Of a DNA stretch of 64,000 bases, positions 8,868-20,104 are shown in pieces (the first letter of the stretch is position 1; each line of letters opens with the position of its first letter). Source of the DNA: Thermoanaerobaculia bacterium (GTDB lineage: Bacteria; Acidobacteriota; Thermoanaerobaculia; UBA5066); contig CAWFJJ010000030.1 in the NCBI GenBank assembly GCA_963816185.1, positions 32,001-96,000 of the forward strand, given 5' to 3'. The position numbers and the translations under genes were made by a program. The notes below the pieces were generated by a model. The model had not been told where the DNA came from, did no database searches, and saw only the letters and a program-made list of their open reading frames with translations.

Positions 8868-10280
8868 CTACTCCCCCACCCGCCGGTTCTCGCCTTCCGG
8901 CCGGGAGAAGAGCGGGGCAAAGATCTCTTTATCCAGGTCTTCCTTGAACATGATCCGGCCCACTTCGCCGCGCAGGCGCCGCACTTCCCGCATGCCCATG
9001 GCGCCCATGACTTCCAGGAGCTGGTTGTTCCAGGCGCCCACCAGGTTGACCATGCGCTGGGCCCCCCGCTTGACGTTGAGGTTCCCCAGGTCGATGGGGC
9101 AGGGGTTGTCATCCTGACATTCCTTGCACAGGCGGCATTCCAGCGAGAGCAGCAGGGCGGTGTCGGCCAGAATGGCGTCGGCGCCGCAGACGATGGCCTT
9201 GGCCACGTGCTCCGCCAGGGCGATGCCGCCGCCGGCCAGCAGGGTGACCGCGTCCCGCAGCCGGTCTTCCACCAGCTTCAGGTGGCAGCGGCGGATCATA
9301 TCCTTCAGGTGCATCTCGCCGGCGTCTCCCACCCCCCGGGCGTGATCCGAACCCGCCAGGTGGAGAACCTCGGCGCCCGCCGCGGCCAGGATCGAGACCC
9401 GCTCCGGGGCCTTGCTGTCCGCCGGCACCCTGATCCAGACGAGCAGCCGCGGGTAACGCTGCTTCAGGGCTTCCATCTGGGCCACCACGCCGGGATGGTC
9501 CGGAATTTCCACCGCGGGCACCTGGGCCAGCAACGGGTCATCCAGGTGCTTAAAATTAGCCGGCAGCATCGGCACCAGCCGGCTGGCCGCGGGGAGCAGA
9601 TCCTCGCCGATGCTCTTCCGGGGCAGGACCGCCAGGGAGCCCAGGTCCTGGGCCGCGGCAGCCATGATCTGGCGCAGCCGGGCCGGGTCGGCGCTCACGG
9701 CCGGTTCCCCCAGAATCACCGGCAGGGGAATCTCCAACAGCGGCGTCGGGGTAATCTGCATCTCGCCCTGGTCATCGAAGGCCAGAAACATGGGTTTGCG
9801 CCCCAGATCGACGGTGGTGCTGATGTATTCCCGGCCGTGGATGCCGTCCCGGGTGGGCCGGACGATCTCCGACATGTCGGTCCAGCAGGAGTCGAAGCCC
9901 TCGCCGGCAAAGACCCCGCCATAGCCGGCCCCGGAGACCGGGATCTTGCCGGTTTCCGCCTGGTTCCAGGTCGTGGCGATGATCTCCGGCGTCCAGTAGT
10001 CGTCCCCTAACTGGCGGTACTGCGGGTTCATAGCCTTGAAGATCAGCTCCCGGGGGCAACCCTGGACGCAGCGGTAGCAGTCCCGGCACATCGAGTCGAT
10101 GGTGTCCACGAACTGCGTCCGATCGAAGCCCCGTTTCCGGTAGGCGTCCACCGGACAGACTTCCTTGACGCACTTGGCGCACCTTAAGCAGCCTTCGTTC
10201 CAGTCCATCACCGTGCTTTTGCCCGGGGGAGAGAAACGGGGCGGCACCTGGCGCACATGAATATGGTATTTGACAGGCAA
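8868..10280 (-). CDS. Glutamate synthase FMN-binding-domain protein (GltB domain 2) with N-terminal 2x[4Fe-4S]
   Basis: CLRCAKC..VCP and CRDCYRCVQGCP; LLAGGGIA...AKAIVCGAD; CRLCKEC...CP cluster; TTG start with strong RBS. Confidence 0.88.
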   Translation of the reverse strand: MPVKYHIHVRQVPPRFSPPGKSTVMDWNEGCLRCAKCVKEVCPVDAYRKRGFDRTQFVDTIDSMCRDCYRCVQGCPRELIFKAMNPQYRQLGDDYWTPEIIATTWNQAETGKIPVSGAGYGGVFAGEGFDSCWTDMSEIVRPTRDGIHGREYISTTVDLGRKPMFLAFDDQGEMQITPTPLLEIPLPVILGEPAVSADPARLRQIMAAAAQDLGSLAVLPRKSIGEDLLPAASRLVPMLPANFKHLDDPLLAQVPAVEIPDHPGVVAQMEALKQRYPRLLVWIRVPADSKAPERVSILAAAGAEVLHLAGSDHARGVGDAGEMHLKDMIRRCHLKLVEDRLRDAVTLLAGGGIALAEHVAKAIVCGADAILADTALLLSLECRLCKECQDDNPCPIDLGNLNVKRGAQRMVNLVGAWNNQLLEVMGAMGMREVRRLRGEVGRIMFKEDLDKEIFAPLFSRPEGENRRVGE

Positions 10281-10422
10281 AATCCTTCTCCTACTAAAGC
10301 TTTAATCCGAAAAGTTTTTATTTTATCGAGACAAAATTGGGAAAGGGGACAAACGGGGAAAGTCGAACTCGAAAATCGGCTTTTTGGTTTCGAAATTAAG
10401 TGTTAGGGGTTTTTCTTTCTCT

Positions 10423-10451
10423 CGAAACTTGAAACTCGAAACTCGAAACTT
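10423..10451. repeat. Heptamer tandem repeat, (AACTCGA)-like
   Basis: cgaaact tgaaact cgaaact cgaaact; also at about 20082-20099, 25531-25565 and 29927-29962. Confidence 0.7.
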
Positions 10452-10480
10452 GTTTTTTACCCTTTTACCCTTTTCGCCTT

Positions 10481-10885
10481 TTACCCCATGTTTTTAAGAC
10501 GGCTTTCACCCAGGGTTTCCAGGCGGGCCTTGACTTCTTTAATTATCGCGGCCAGGGCCTGGCCATCACCCGGCGTCACCAGGGAGCGTCCCAGGCGGTC
10601 GGCCTCCAGGCCGATCTCTTCCAGATAGCCCTGGACATATTTCACCCGGCCCCCCAGGCGGCGGCTGCCATCCTCGTAACGGCAGGAGGCCTCAGCGCAG
10701 CCGATGACCCAGACCAGGTCCACCGGGGTCGCCAGGGTGCGGAGCATCTGAAAAGACTCCACCTTGCTGCTGCAAGGCTCCGACAGCACCCGCAGGCGGG
10801 CCTGGCCCTTCCCCCATTTGGCCTTGAGGACTTCCGGGTCCGGCACCGCTTGCTGACAGGCGTAAATCACCACTTCCATTGCCAT
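10481..10885 (-). CDS. MvhD/FlpD-like [2Fe-2S] hydrogenase iron-sulfur subunit
   Basis: YAC...PCSSK...VIGC.EASCRY.DG...LEEIGLE.DRL pattern. Confidence 0.8.
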   Translation of the reverse strand: MAMEVVIYACQQAVPDPEVLKAKWGKGQARLRVLSEPCSSKVESFQMLRTLATPVDLVWVIGCAEASCRYEDGSRRLGGRVKYVQGYLEEIGLEADRLGRSLVTPGDGQALAAIIKEVKARLETLGESRLKNMG

Positions 10886-11156
10886 AGATTTTTGCCTCAA
10901 GGGGCCGGAAAGCGCCGGCTCCAGCGAAATGCAGGCCAGGGAGGGCCTCCCTCCCTGGCCGCGAGAGAAATCGATTAATTATGCCATACAAGAATAAGAA
11001 TTGCAACAGTTTGCGGTGCGCCGTTGCCATTCCTTAGAGCCACAATAATGTCAACTTTTATGTCATTCTGAGCCAGGTCGGCGGATAAGCAACCCGGTTC
11101 CGATGCGGCCCTCAGTTGACCTCTTCCCGGGGCACAGCTCCAGCGGCGAATGCCCC

Positions 11157-11543
11157 TTACTTGCCCGCCCGGCTCTTCCTTTCGTCAATGTCGCCGGGGT
11201 ACATCACCGCGTCGTGGCCCCGCTCCCGGGTGCGGATGCGGATCACTTCATCCACCGGATAGACGAAGATGAGGCCGTCGCCCGCTTCGCCGGTATAGGC
11301 CGCCTTCATGATGGTGTCGAGGACTTCGTCCAGGTTCTGTTCGCTCAGGACGATATTTACCTGGATCTTGGGGAGCAGGTCCACCTGGTAGCTGCCGGAG
11401 CGGCCCGCCAGGCTGATGCCGCCCTGGCGGCCGTGGCCGCGAATCTCAAAGACGTTCAGCCCCACGATGCCCATCTCCTTCAGGGCCTCCTTGACATCGT
11501 TGAGCTTGTCTTCCCGAATGATGGCTTCGACTTTCTTTAACAT
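11157..11543 (-). CDS. glnK: P-II nitrogen regulator
   Basis: MLKKVEAIIRE...GHGRQ...TGEAGDGLIFV.PV..VIRIRT; directly downstream of amtB. Confidence 0.92.
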   Translation of the reverse strand: MLKKVEAIIREDKLNDVKEALKEMGIVGLNVFEIRGHGRQGGISLAGRSGSYQVDLLPKIQVNIVLSEQNLDEVLDTIMKAAYTGEAGDGLIFVYPVDEVIRIRTRERGHDAVMYPGDIDERKSRAGK

Positions 11544-11624
11544 AACAGCCTCGTGTTTGTAGCCGCAGGCTTTAGCCTGCGCTGGATGCCGCAAATCTGT
11601 GATTTAGCTGAAAGCTGACAGCTC

Positions 11625-12851
<1,227 letters not shown>

Positions 12852-12987
12852 AACTTTTCCCTATTTGTCTGCACAATTGTCAGAAAGGCGCAAACCAATC
12901 CTAAACGTAGGCCAGGGAAATTTCCCTGGCCTGCGTTTTCGGGTTAACTTATCGGTTATTTTGATTAAACGGCTAGTCTGCCGGCCA

Positions 12988-14325
12988 TTACATGATCGGC
13001 AGATATTTCTCAATCTCGTAGGCGCTTACGTGAGTCCGGAAGGCGTCCCACTCGATCTTCTTGTTCTCGATGAACTTGTTGAAGATGTGCTCGCCCAGGG
13101 CTTCCTTCACCACGGCGCTCTTTTCGACCTCGAGCACCGCCTCATAGAGGCTGCCGGGCAGTTCCTGAATGCCCAGCTTGGCCCGTTCGGCGGCGGACAG
13201 ATGGTAAATGTCCACTTCCACCGGCTCGGCCAGCTTGTAGTTCTTTTCGATGCCCGTGAGGCCCGCGGTGATCATCGAGGCGAAGGCGAGATACGGGTTG
13301 CAGGCCGGGTCCGGGGCGCGGTATTCGCAACGGGTGGCGGCCTCTTTGCCGGGTTTGTACATCGGCACCCGCACCAGGGCGGAACGGTTGCGGCGGGACC
13401 AGGCCACGTAGACCGGGGCCTCGTAGCCCGGCACCAGGCGCTTGTAGGAGTTGACCCACTGGCTGCAGATGCCGGTGATTTCCCGGGCGTGCTTCAGCAG
13501 GCCGGCGATATAGCATTTGGCTTCGGCGGACAGATTATACTGGTCGCTGGCATCGTGGAAGGCGTTCTTGTTGCCCTTGAAGAAGGACTGGTGGGTGTGC
13601 ATGCCGCTGCCGTTGATCCCGAAGATCGGTTTCGGCATGAAGGTGGCATAGACCCCGTTGATCATGGCGATGGACTTGACCGTGGCCCGCATGGTCATGA
13701 CCTTGTCGGCCATGGCCATGGCTTCGTCATAGCGCATGTCGATTTCGTGCTGGGACGCGGCCACTTCGTGATGGCTGTACTCCACCCGGATGCCCAGTTT
13801 CTCCATGGCGAAGATGGTGTGGCGCCTCAGGTCGTTGGCCAAATCCAGGGGCGCTGAGTCGAAATAACCGCCGGTGTCCAGGATCTCAGTGCCGGTGTTA
13901 TCCGCAAAGTAAAAGTATTCCAACTCCGGACCCAGGTAAGAGGTGTAGCCCTTCTCCGCCGCCTTGGCCAGCACGCGCTTCAGGGCATAGCGGGGGTCGC
14001 CGGGATAGGGGGAGCCGTCGGGCTGCAGGATGTCGCAGAACATCCGGGCCACCGGCCGCTCATCCGGGCGCCAGGGCAGGATCTGGAAGGTGTTGGGGTC
14101 GGGCTTGGCGATCATGTCGCTTTCTTGAATGCGGGCAAATCCCTCAATGGAGGAAGCGTCGAACCCCATGCCTTCGGTCATAGCCTCTTCCAGCTCGGAA
14201 GGGCGGATAGCAAAACTCTTCATTACTCCCAAAATGTCCGAGAACCAGATCTGGATAAAGCTGACTTCCTTGTCCCGAACGGCCTTGAAAACATCTTCTA
14301 CCGTCTGGCAGGTATGACAGTGCAC
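12988..14325 (-). CDS. glnA: Glutamine synthetase type I
   Basis: FDASSIEGF, HHEVA..QHEI, ATFMPKP..GINGSGMHTHQS, NSYKRLVPGYEAP motifs. Confidence 0.97.
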   Translation of the reverse strand: MHCHTCQTVEDVFKAVRDKEVSFIQIWFSDILGVMKSFAIRPSELEEAMTEGMGFDASSIEGFARIQESDMIAKPDPNTFQILPWRPDERPVARMFCDILQPDGSPYPGDPRYALKRVLAKAAEKGYTSYLGPELEYFYFADNTGTEILDTGGYFDSAPLDLANDLRRHTIFAMEKLGIRVEYSHHEVAASQHEIDMRYDEAMAMADKVMTMRATVKSIAMINGVYATFMPKPIFGINGSGMHTHQSFFKGNKNAFHDASDQYNLSAEAKCYIAGLLKHAREITGICSQWVNSYKRLVPGYEAPVYVAWSRRNRSALVRVPMYKPGKEAATRCEYRAPDPACNPYLAFASMITAGLTGIEKNYKLAEPVEVDIYHLSAAERAKLGIQELPGSLYEAVLEVEKSAVVKEALGEHIFNKFIENKKIEWDAFRTHVSAYEIEKYLPIM

Positions 14326-14363
14326 GTTAATCCTCCTGAGAATAAGATTATTTAGTTCAATCC

Positions 14364-14380
14364 AGCAATTTTTATACCAA
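14364..14380 (-). promoter_or_regulatory. Sigma54 promoter of glnA-amtB-glnK
   Basis: Minus strand TTGGTATAAAAATTGCT (GG-N10-GC); IHF-like AGTCAATGACTTA at about 14397-14409. Confidence 0.75.
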
Positions 14381-14420
14381 AACTGTTTTTAAGTAAAGTC
14401 AATGACTTAGCTAAATGCAG

Positions 14421-14466
14421 CTTACATATTTGTAGAAAATCGGCATTCTGTGCTTACAAGTTTGTA
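14421..14466. promoter_or_regulatory. Paired palindromic enhancer sites TACA-N4-TGTA
   Basis: CTTACATATTTGTA (14421-14434) and CTTACAAGTTTGTA (14453-14466), 32 bp apart, upstream of the sigma54 promoter. Confidence 0.65.
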
Positions 14467-14808
14467 CGTTTTGGCGAGACCAACAGCTAATCTCCCGGCT
14501 CTCTGGGCACCGCGGACCACCAGCGAAGATGAAATTGGGAAGAGTGGAAAAAATCGGTTGAGACGAGACCCGGTTTGCTTCTCCAGGAAAACTAAAGTTC
14601 TCCCGGCTGCTTCTATTGGTCTTTTACTTTAATCATTGGCCGCACCACAAACAACCGGGGGAAGGATTTTTCTGAAAAAAATTCTCCCTTTAACTCGTTC
14701 CCAAGTGCAACTTGGTGAACGAGAAAAAAGGGCGGGGGTACCAAAAAGGCGGAGGGACCGCTTAGCGGCCCCTCCGCCCGATGAGCTGCTGGGAATTTTG
14801 TGGTCAGT

Positions 14809-16332
14809 TTAACTCAAGCCGGCCCGGAAGCTCCGGGTTTCGATGCTGTACTGCTTGATCTTGTAGCCCAGGATCCTGAGGCTGGTGTCCAGCAGATGCG
14901 CCGCCTTGCTCTGGTTGCCCCGGGTCTGGCGCAGGGCCTCGGTGATCAGCTCTTTCTCCAATTTCTCCACCTGGGAGGCCAGGCCGCTGGTGGCGGAGGC
15001 GCCGGGCTCCTGACGCTGCAAAGAAGCCGGCAGGTGCACGCTGAGGATGGTGTCCTCATCGCAGACCAGCACGGCCCGCTCGATGATGTTTTCCAGTTCC
15101 CGGACGTTGCCGGGCCAGGGATATTGCATCAGCAGGTCCAGGGCCGGAGCCGACAGGCGTTTCACCGGTTTCTGGTGCTCCGTGGCGTACTTGCCGAGAA
15201 AATGGTCCGCCAGTAAGGGAATATCGGCCATGCGCTCCCGGAGGGGCGGCAGATAGATGGGAAAGACGTTGAGGCGGTAGTACAGGTCCTCCCGAAAGGT
15301 GGCCTTGGCCAAGGCCTGCTCCAAATCCCGGTGGGTGGCGGCCAGCAGCCGGACGTCGGCCTTCAGGGTGGCGGTGCCGCCCAGACGGGTGAACTCCCGC
15401 TCCTGGATGACCCGCAGCAGCTTGAGCTGGACGTTGGGGCTCAGGTCGCCGATTTCGTCCAGGAAGATGGTGCCGCCCTGGGCCAGCTCGAAGCGGCCCT
15501 GCTTGCGCTGCAAGGCCCCGGTGAAGGCGCCCCGTTCGTGGCCGAAGAGCTCGCTCTCCACCAGGGTCTCGGGCAGGGCGGCCACGTTGACCTTGATGAA
15601 GGGCTTGTCGGCCCGGAGGCTGTTGTAATGGACGGCCGAGGCCACCATTTCCTTGCCGGTGCCGGATTCGCCGCGGATGAGGATGGTGGCGTTGCTCTTG
15701 GCCACCCGGTCGATCATCTCGAAGACCTGGCGCATGCGCCCCGAGGTGCCGATGATGTTGCCCATCTGGTAGCGCTCCTGCAACTGGCCTTTCAATTTCA
15801 AGTTCTCGTTTTGGAGACGCTCTTTCTCCCGGTCGATGAGCAGCAGGTTGTTGACCGTCTGGGCGATGATGGAGGCGATGATGGTGAGCAGCCGCAGGTC
15901 GTGGTCCAGGTCCAGTTCCCGGTGCAGGCGGTCCACCGACAGGGCCCCGATGGTCTGGTGGTTGATCTTGACGGGCACGCAGATAAAGGAGATTTCGTCC
16001 TTCTCCCGGGTGCCCCGGGAGCGGGTGCGGTTCAGAAATAAGGGCTCCTGGCTGACCACCGGGACCACCGCGGGCTCGCCGGTCTCCACCACCCGGCCGG
16101 TGATGCCCTCCCCCAATTTGTAGCGGCCGCGTTTGCGGGCCTCGGCGGTGAGGCCCTGGGCCACCTCGATCTGCAGCTCCGTGGTTTCGGGGTTGAGGAT
16201 GGAGATGGTTCCCCGGCGCATGCCCATGCGTTGGGCCAGGATCTGCAAAATCCGCTGCAAAGTCTTGGGCAGGGGGCCCGGGGCACTCAAGGTATCGGTA
16301 ATCTCGTAAAGCAGGGTCAATTCGTCATTCAT
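14809..16332 (-). CDS. NifA-like sigma54-dependent activator (GAF-AAA+-HTH)
   Basis: GAF with RYKLGEGITG, Walker A GESGTGKE, GAFTGA, Fis-type HTH. Confidence 0.92.
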   Translation of the reverse strand: MNDELTLLYEITDTLSAPGPLPKTLQRILQILAQRMGMRRGTISILNPETTELQIEVAQGLTAEARKRGRYKLGEGITGRVVETGEPAVVPVVSQEPLFLNRTRSRGTREKDEISFICVPVKINHQTIGALSVDRLHRELDLDHDLRLLTIIASIIAQTVNNLLLIDREKERLQNENLKLKGQLQERYQMGNIIGTSGRMRQVFEMIDRVAKSNATILIRGESGTGKEMVASAVHYNSLRADKPFIKVNVAALPETLVESELFGHERGAFTGALQRKQGRFELAQGGTIFLDEIGDLSPNVQLKLLRVIQEREFTRLGGTATLKADVRLLAATHRDLEQALAKATFREDLYYRLNVFPIYLPPLRERMADIPLLADHFLGKYATEHQKPVKRLSAPALDLLMQYPWPGNVRELENIIERAVLVCDEDTILSVHLPASLQRQEPGASATSGLASQVEKLEKELITEALRQTRGNQSKAAHLLDTSLRILGYKIKQYSIETRSFRAGLS

Positions 16333-16594
16333 GCGGTTTACCTGAAGGGTATATTTTGAACTGATTTGTTATTCATTTTCGTTTATTTTAGGGTAGATTG
16401 CAAACAAATTATTACGAAAATGTATCACGTATAAACTTTTGAGACATTTTGAGAATATTCCGGGGGGATAGGGTGCCGCTCCGCCCGGTCTTGAAGCAGA
16501 GAGGCCGGGCTTTCTCCTTGACACTCTCCCGATACATGGTTAATTTTAAACACTTAAGATACCCAATTAATTATTTCGGGCGCGCGGGCCTCGC

Positions 16595-17381
16595 ATGCGG
16601 AACAGATTCTTCTACCAGACCGGCCATTCGGTCATGGGCTTCGTGGATTACATGGGCGACCTGGCCCTGTTTTTCTTGGATGCCTGCCGCACCCTGCCGC
16701 ACCCGCCCTGGTTTTTCCGGGAGATTATCGCCCAGATGTACCACCTGGGGGTGAAGTCCTTCTCCCTGGTGGCGGTGGCCTCCCTGGCCCTGGGCCTGGT
16801 CCTGGCCATGCAGGGGGTCATCGTCTTGACCATGTTCGGGGCCACCAACTACATCGCCACCAGCGTGGCCTTCACTTTTTTCCGCGGTTTGGGGCCGATT
16901 TTGGCGGGCATCATGTTGGCCTCCCGGGGCGGCGCCGGCATCGGCGCGGAGATCGGCTCCATGCGGGTGACCCACCAGATCGACGCCCTCACCGTCTCGG
17001 CGGTCAACCCCATGAAGTACCTGGTGGTCACCCGCATCGTCGCCTGCATGTTGGTGATGCCCCTGTTGACCATCGCCGCCAATCTCATCGGCATCCTGGG
17101 AGGAATGTTCATCGGCGTCTTCCAGGTGGGCATGACCTCCACCTATTACTACACCCTGACCATCAAGTACCTGAGCTTGCGGGATGTGCTTGCCGGGGAT
17201 CTTCAAGACCTGCGTCTTCGGCGTCATCATCGGCACCGTAGCCTGTTTCCACGGCTACTCCACCGAACACGGCACCTTTGGGGTGGGCCAGTCCACCAAG
17301 ACCTCGGTGGTGGCGGCTATTATACTGATCCTGGTTTCCGATGTCTTACTCACCAAACTCATCCTCATCCTCTGGCCTTAA
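16595..17381 (+). CDS. mlaE: MlaE-family ABC permease, frameshift near 17195
   Basis: AEIGSMRVTHQIDAL..SAVNPMKYLV; the C-terminus (GVGQSTKTSVV) continues in ORF 17184-17381. Confidence 0.85.
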
Positions 17382-17400
17382 CGCCGAGGAGGCCCCCAGG

Positions 17401-18174
17401 CTGACGGCGGCGCCCGGCGCCCCGTTGATTGCCTTTCGGGGCATCCATAAGGCCTTTGGGGATAACGTCGTGCTTGCGGGGGTGGACCTGGAGGTCTTCC
17501 CCGGGGAGACCGTAACGGTCATGGGTCGCAGCGGTTCCGGCAAAACCGTCTTGACCAGCATGCTGGTGGGGCTCAATCTCCCGGATCAGGGTTCCATCCA
17601 GTTCGCCGGCCTGGAGGTCACCCAGTTCAAGACCGACTCCGACTGGCGCGACCTGCGCCTCAAAACCGGTTATCTCTTCCAGGGCTCCGCCCTGTATGAT
17701 TCCATGACGGTGGGGGAGAACGTGGCCTTTCCCATGGTGCAGCACACCGACTGGAGCGAGGCGGAGATCGCCCGGCGGGTGGCCGAGAAGCTGGACCAGG
17801 TGGGCCTGGCCGGCACCGAACCCATGGAGACTACCGAACTTTCCGGCGGCATGCAGCGCCGGGCGGCCCTGGCCCGCAGCCTGGCCCTGGACCCGGAGAT
17901 CATCATTTATGACGAACCCTCGGCGGGACTGGACCCGATTACTGCCGATGAGATCGGTCATTTGATGCGGCGCCTGCAACAGGCCCTCAAGGTTACCTCC
18001 ATCGTGGTCACCCATGATCTCCGTCTGGCGCAGTTGGTGGCCGACCGCCTGGCCCTGCTGCATGAGGCCCGCTGGGCCTTTCAGGGCACCTATGACGAAT
18101 TTCTCCAGTCCTCCCATCCGGAGGTGCTGCGTTTTCTCCACAAGGAGCCGCCCCAGGAGGATAAGGCGACATGA
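17401..18174 (+). CDS. mlaF: MlaF-family ABC ATPase
   Basis: GRSGSGKT, LSGGM, YDEPSAGLDP; probable CTG start after GAGGAGG. Confidence 0.88.
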   Translation: MTAAPGAPLIAFRGIHKAFGDNVVLAGVDLEVFPGETVTVMGRSGSGKTVLTSMLVGLNLPDQGSIQFAGLEVTQFKTDSDWRDLRLKTGYLFQGSALYDSMTVGENVAFPMVQHTDWSEAEIARRVAEKLDQVGLAGTEPMETTELSGGMQRRAALARSLALDPEIIIYDEPSAGLDPITADEIGHLMRRLQQALKVTSIVVTHDLRLAQLVADRLALLHEARWAFQGTYDEFLQSSHPEVLRFLHKEPPQEDKAT

Positions 18175-19186
18175 TTTCCCGAAGATATGAAACCATCGTG
18201 GGCATGTTTGTGGTGGCCTCCCTGGTGGCCCTCCTGATCATGGTGCTCATCATCGCCCGCCAGGAAGGGCTGTTTCAGCAATATGTGGAGTACCGGGTGA
18301 TTTTCAGCAACGTCAGCGGGCTTAAGGTCGGCTCCGAAGTCCACCTGGCCGGGGTGACGGTGGGCAACGTCAAGGAAATCATCATTACCCCCAAAGGCAA
18401 TTCCATGGTGACCTTCCAAGTCATCAAGAAATACAGCGACCGGGTCCGGCAGGATTCCCAGGCTTCCATCGGCTTTATGGGGCTGCTGGGGGAAAAGAGC
18501 CTGGACCTGACGGCGGGCTCTCCCGCTAGCTCGCCGATTCCCCCGGAGGGGCTGGTGGCTTCGGTAGAGCCCCTGGACATCACCCAGCTGCTGGCCAAGG
18601 CCGGCCCCAGCCTGGAGAACCTGCAAAAAATCCTCAGTAACCTGGCCACCCTCACCGATTCTCTGGTGGGCAAAGAAGGTGGGATGGACTAAGACGCATC
18701 GATGCAATCCAGGAGATTATGAATAAGATCAACACCGGCCAAGGCAGCCTGGGCTTGCTGGTCAACGATCCGAAGCTCTACCAGGATACTAAAGAAACCA
18801 TTGCCAAGATCTGGAAGGTCTTTATCGATGTGGAGAAGGGTACGGGGGCGATGGGCATCCTGATCAACGATCCCAAGTTCAAGGCCCAGATGCAAAGGAC
18901 TATGGAAAACCTCGAGGGCAGCACGGTGATTCTGAGCAAGAGTTCCGCCGATGTTAAGGAAACCACGGTACGGCTGCCGGAGATTTCCAAGAAATTGGAT
19001 GATTTCATGACCGATCTGAAAAAGGCCGGCCAGAGTCTGCCGGGACTGGTAACTTCCGGCGAGACCACTCTCAGTGATGTGGATAAGATCTCCAAGGCGG
19101 CCCAGAAGTCCTGGCTGCTCCGGAAAAATGTGCCGCAGCCCAAGGAGCGCACCATCCGGATGGATGCCGATCCGGGAAAGGATTGA
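18171..19186 (+). CDS. mlaD: MlaD/MCE protein with helical extension, frameshift near 18690-18720
   Basis: TM plus MCE domain (GLKVGSEV.LAGV.VG.V, GLLGEK); GQGSLGLLVND repeats in the second frame. Confidence 0.82.
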
Positions 19187-20050
19187 GCATGCCTGGATAC
19201 GGGCGTTGGTTATTGATGCTTTGCCTGGTGGCCTGGGGCTGCGCTTCGGCGCCAACCAAGGAGAACTTGCAGAGCCAGGCGGTGTCCCTGAACGACCAGG
19301 GATATCAGTATTATCGCCAGAGCCGCTTCAACGTGGCCGCAGGCAAGTTCGCCGAGGCCCTGAAGCTCAACCGCCTCATCGACCGCCGGGTGGGCATCGC
19401 CGCCAACCTCAACAACCTGGGGGTCATCGCCCAGGAGCAGGGCGACCCGAAGCAGGCCGTGGTTTACTTCCAGGAAGCCCTGGAGATCAACCGGCAACTG
19501 CAAGACCCCGCGGGCCTTTCCGAAACCCTGAACAACCTGGGACTGGTGTACCTCTCCCAGGGGCGGGTGAATGAAGCCCAGACGGCCTATCTGGAGGCCC
19601 TGGACCAGGCCCGGCTGCTGCCGCCGGGACCGTTGCTGGCCCTGTCCCTGACCCACCTGGGGGATGTGGCCCGGGTCCGCAAGGATTATGATCTGGCCCT
19701 GAACTATTACCACCAGGCCCTGAGTAGTGGATGAAGACCGGAAAGACGCCCGGGGCCGGGCCCTGCGCTGGGAGCGGCTGGGGCGAACCTTCCTGGATCT
19801 AAAGGATTATGCCCGGGCCGACCTTTATCTGCGCGATGCCCTGCGGGACTTCCGCCGCCTGGAGGACACCGACGGCCTCGCCGACACCTTGAAGGACCTG
19901 ACCCGGTTGGCCCTGGCGCGGGGGGATAAGCCGGCGGCGGCCCTCAACGGCCAACTCCTGCTGGAGATCTACCAGGCCCGGGGCCAGGAGCAGGAGGTTA
20001 AAAAGTTAGAGGAATTATTGCAGGCCGGCGGCGTAAGCAGTAGCCAGTAG
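19183..20050 (+). CDS. TPR lipoprotein, frameshift near 19725
   Basis: Lipobox AWGC and LNNLG TPR repeats; continues in ORF 19727-20050. Confidence 0.75.
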
Positions 20051-20104
20051 GGCGGCCTGTGGCCGCCGAATTTCGGCTAATAACTCGGAACTCGAAACTC
20101 TTCG

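Noticed and set aside
10970-11035. Sigma54 promoter upstream of the mvhD-like gene
   Set aside because: TGGCAT is present on the minus strand, but the -12 element reads ATCG instead of TTGC.
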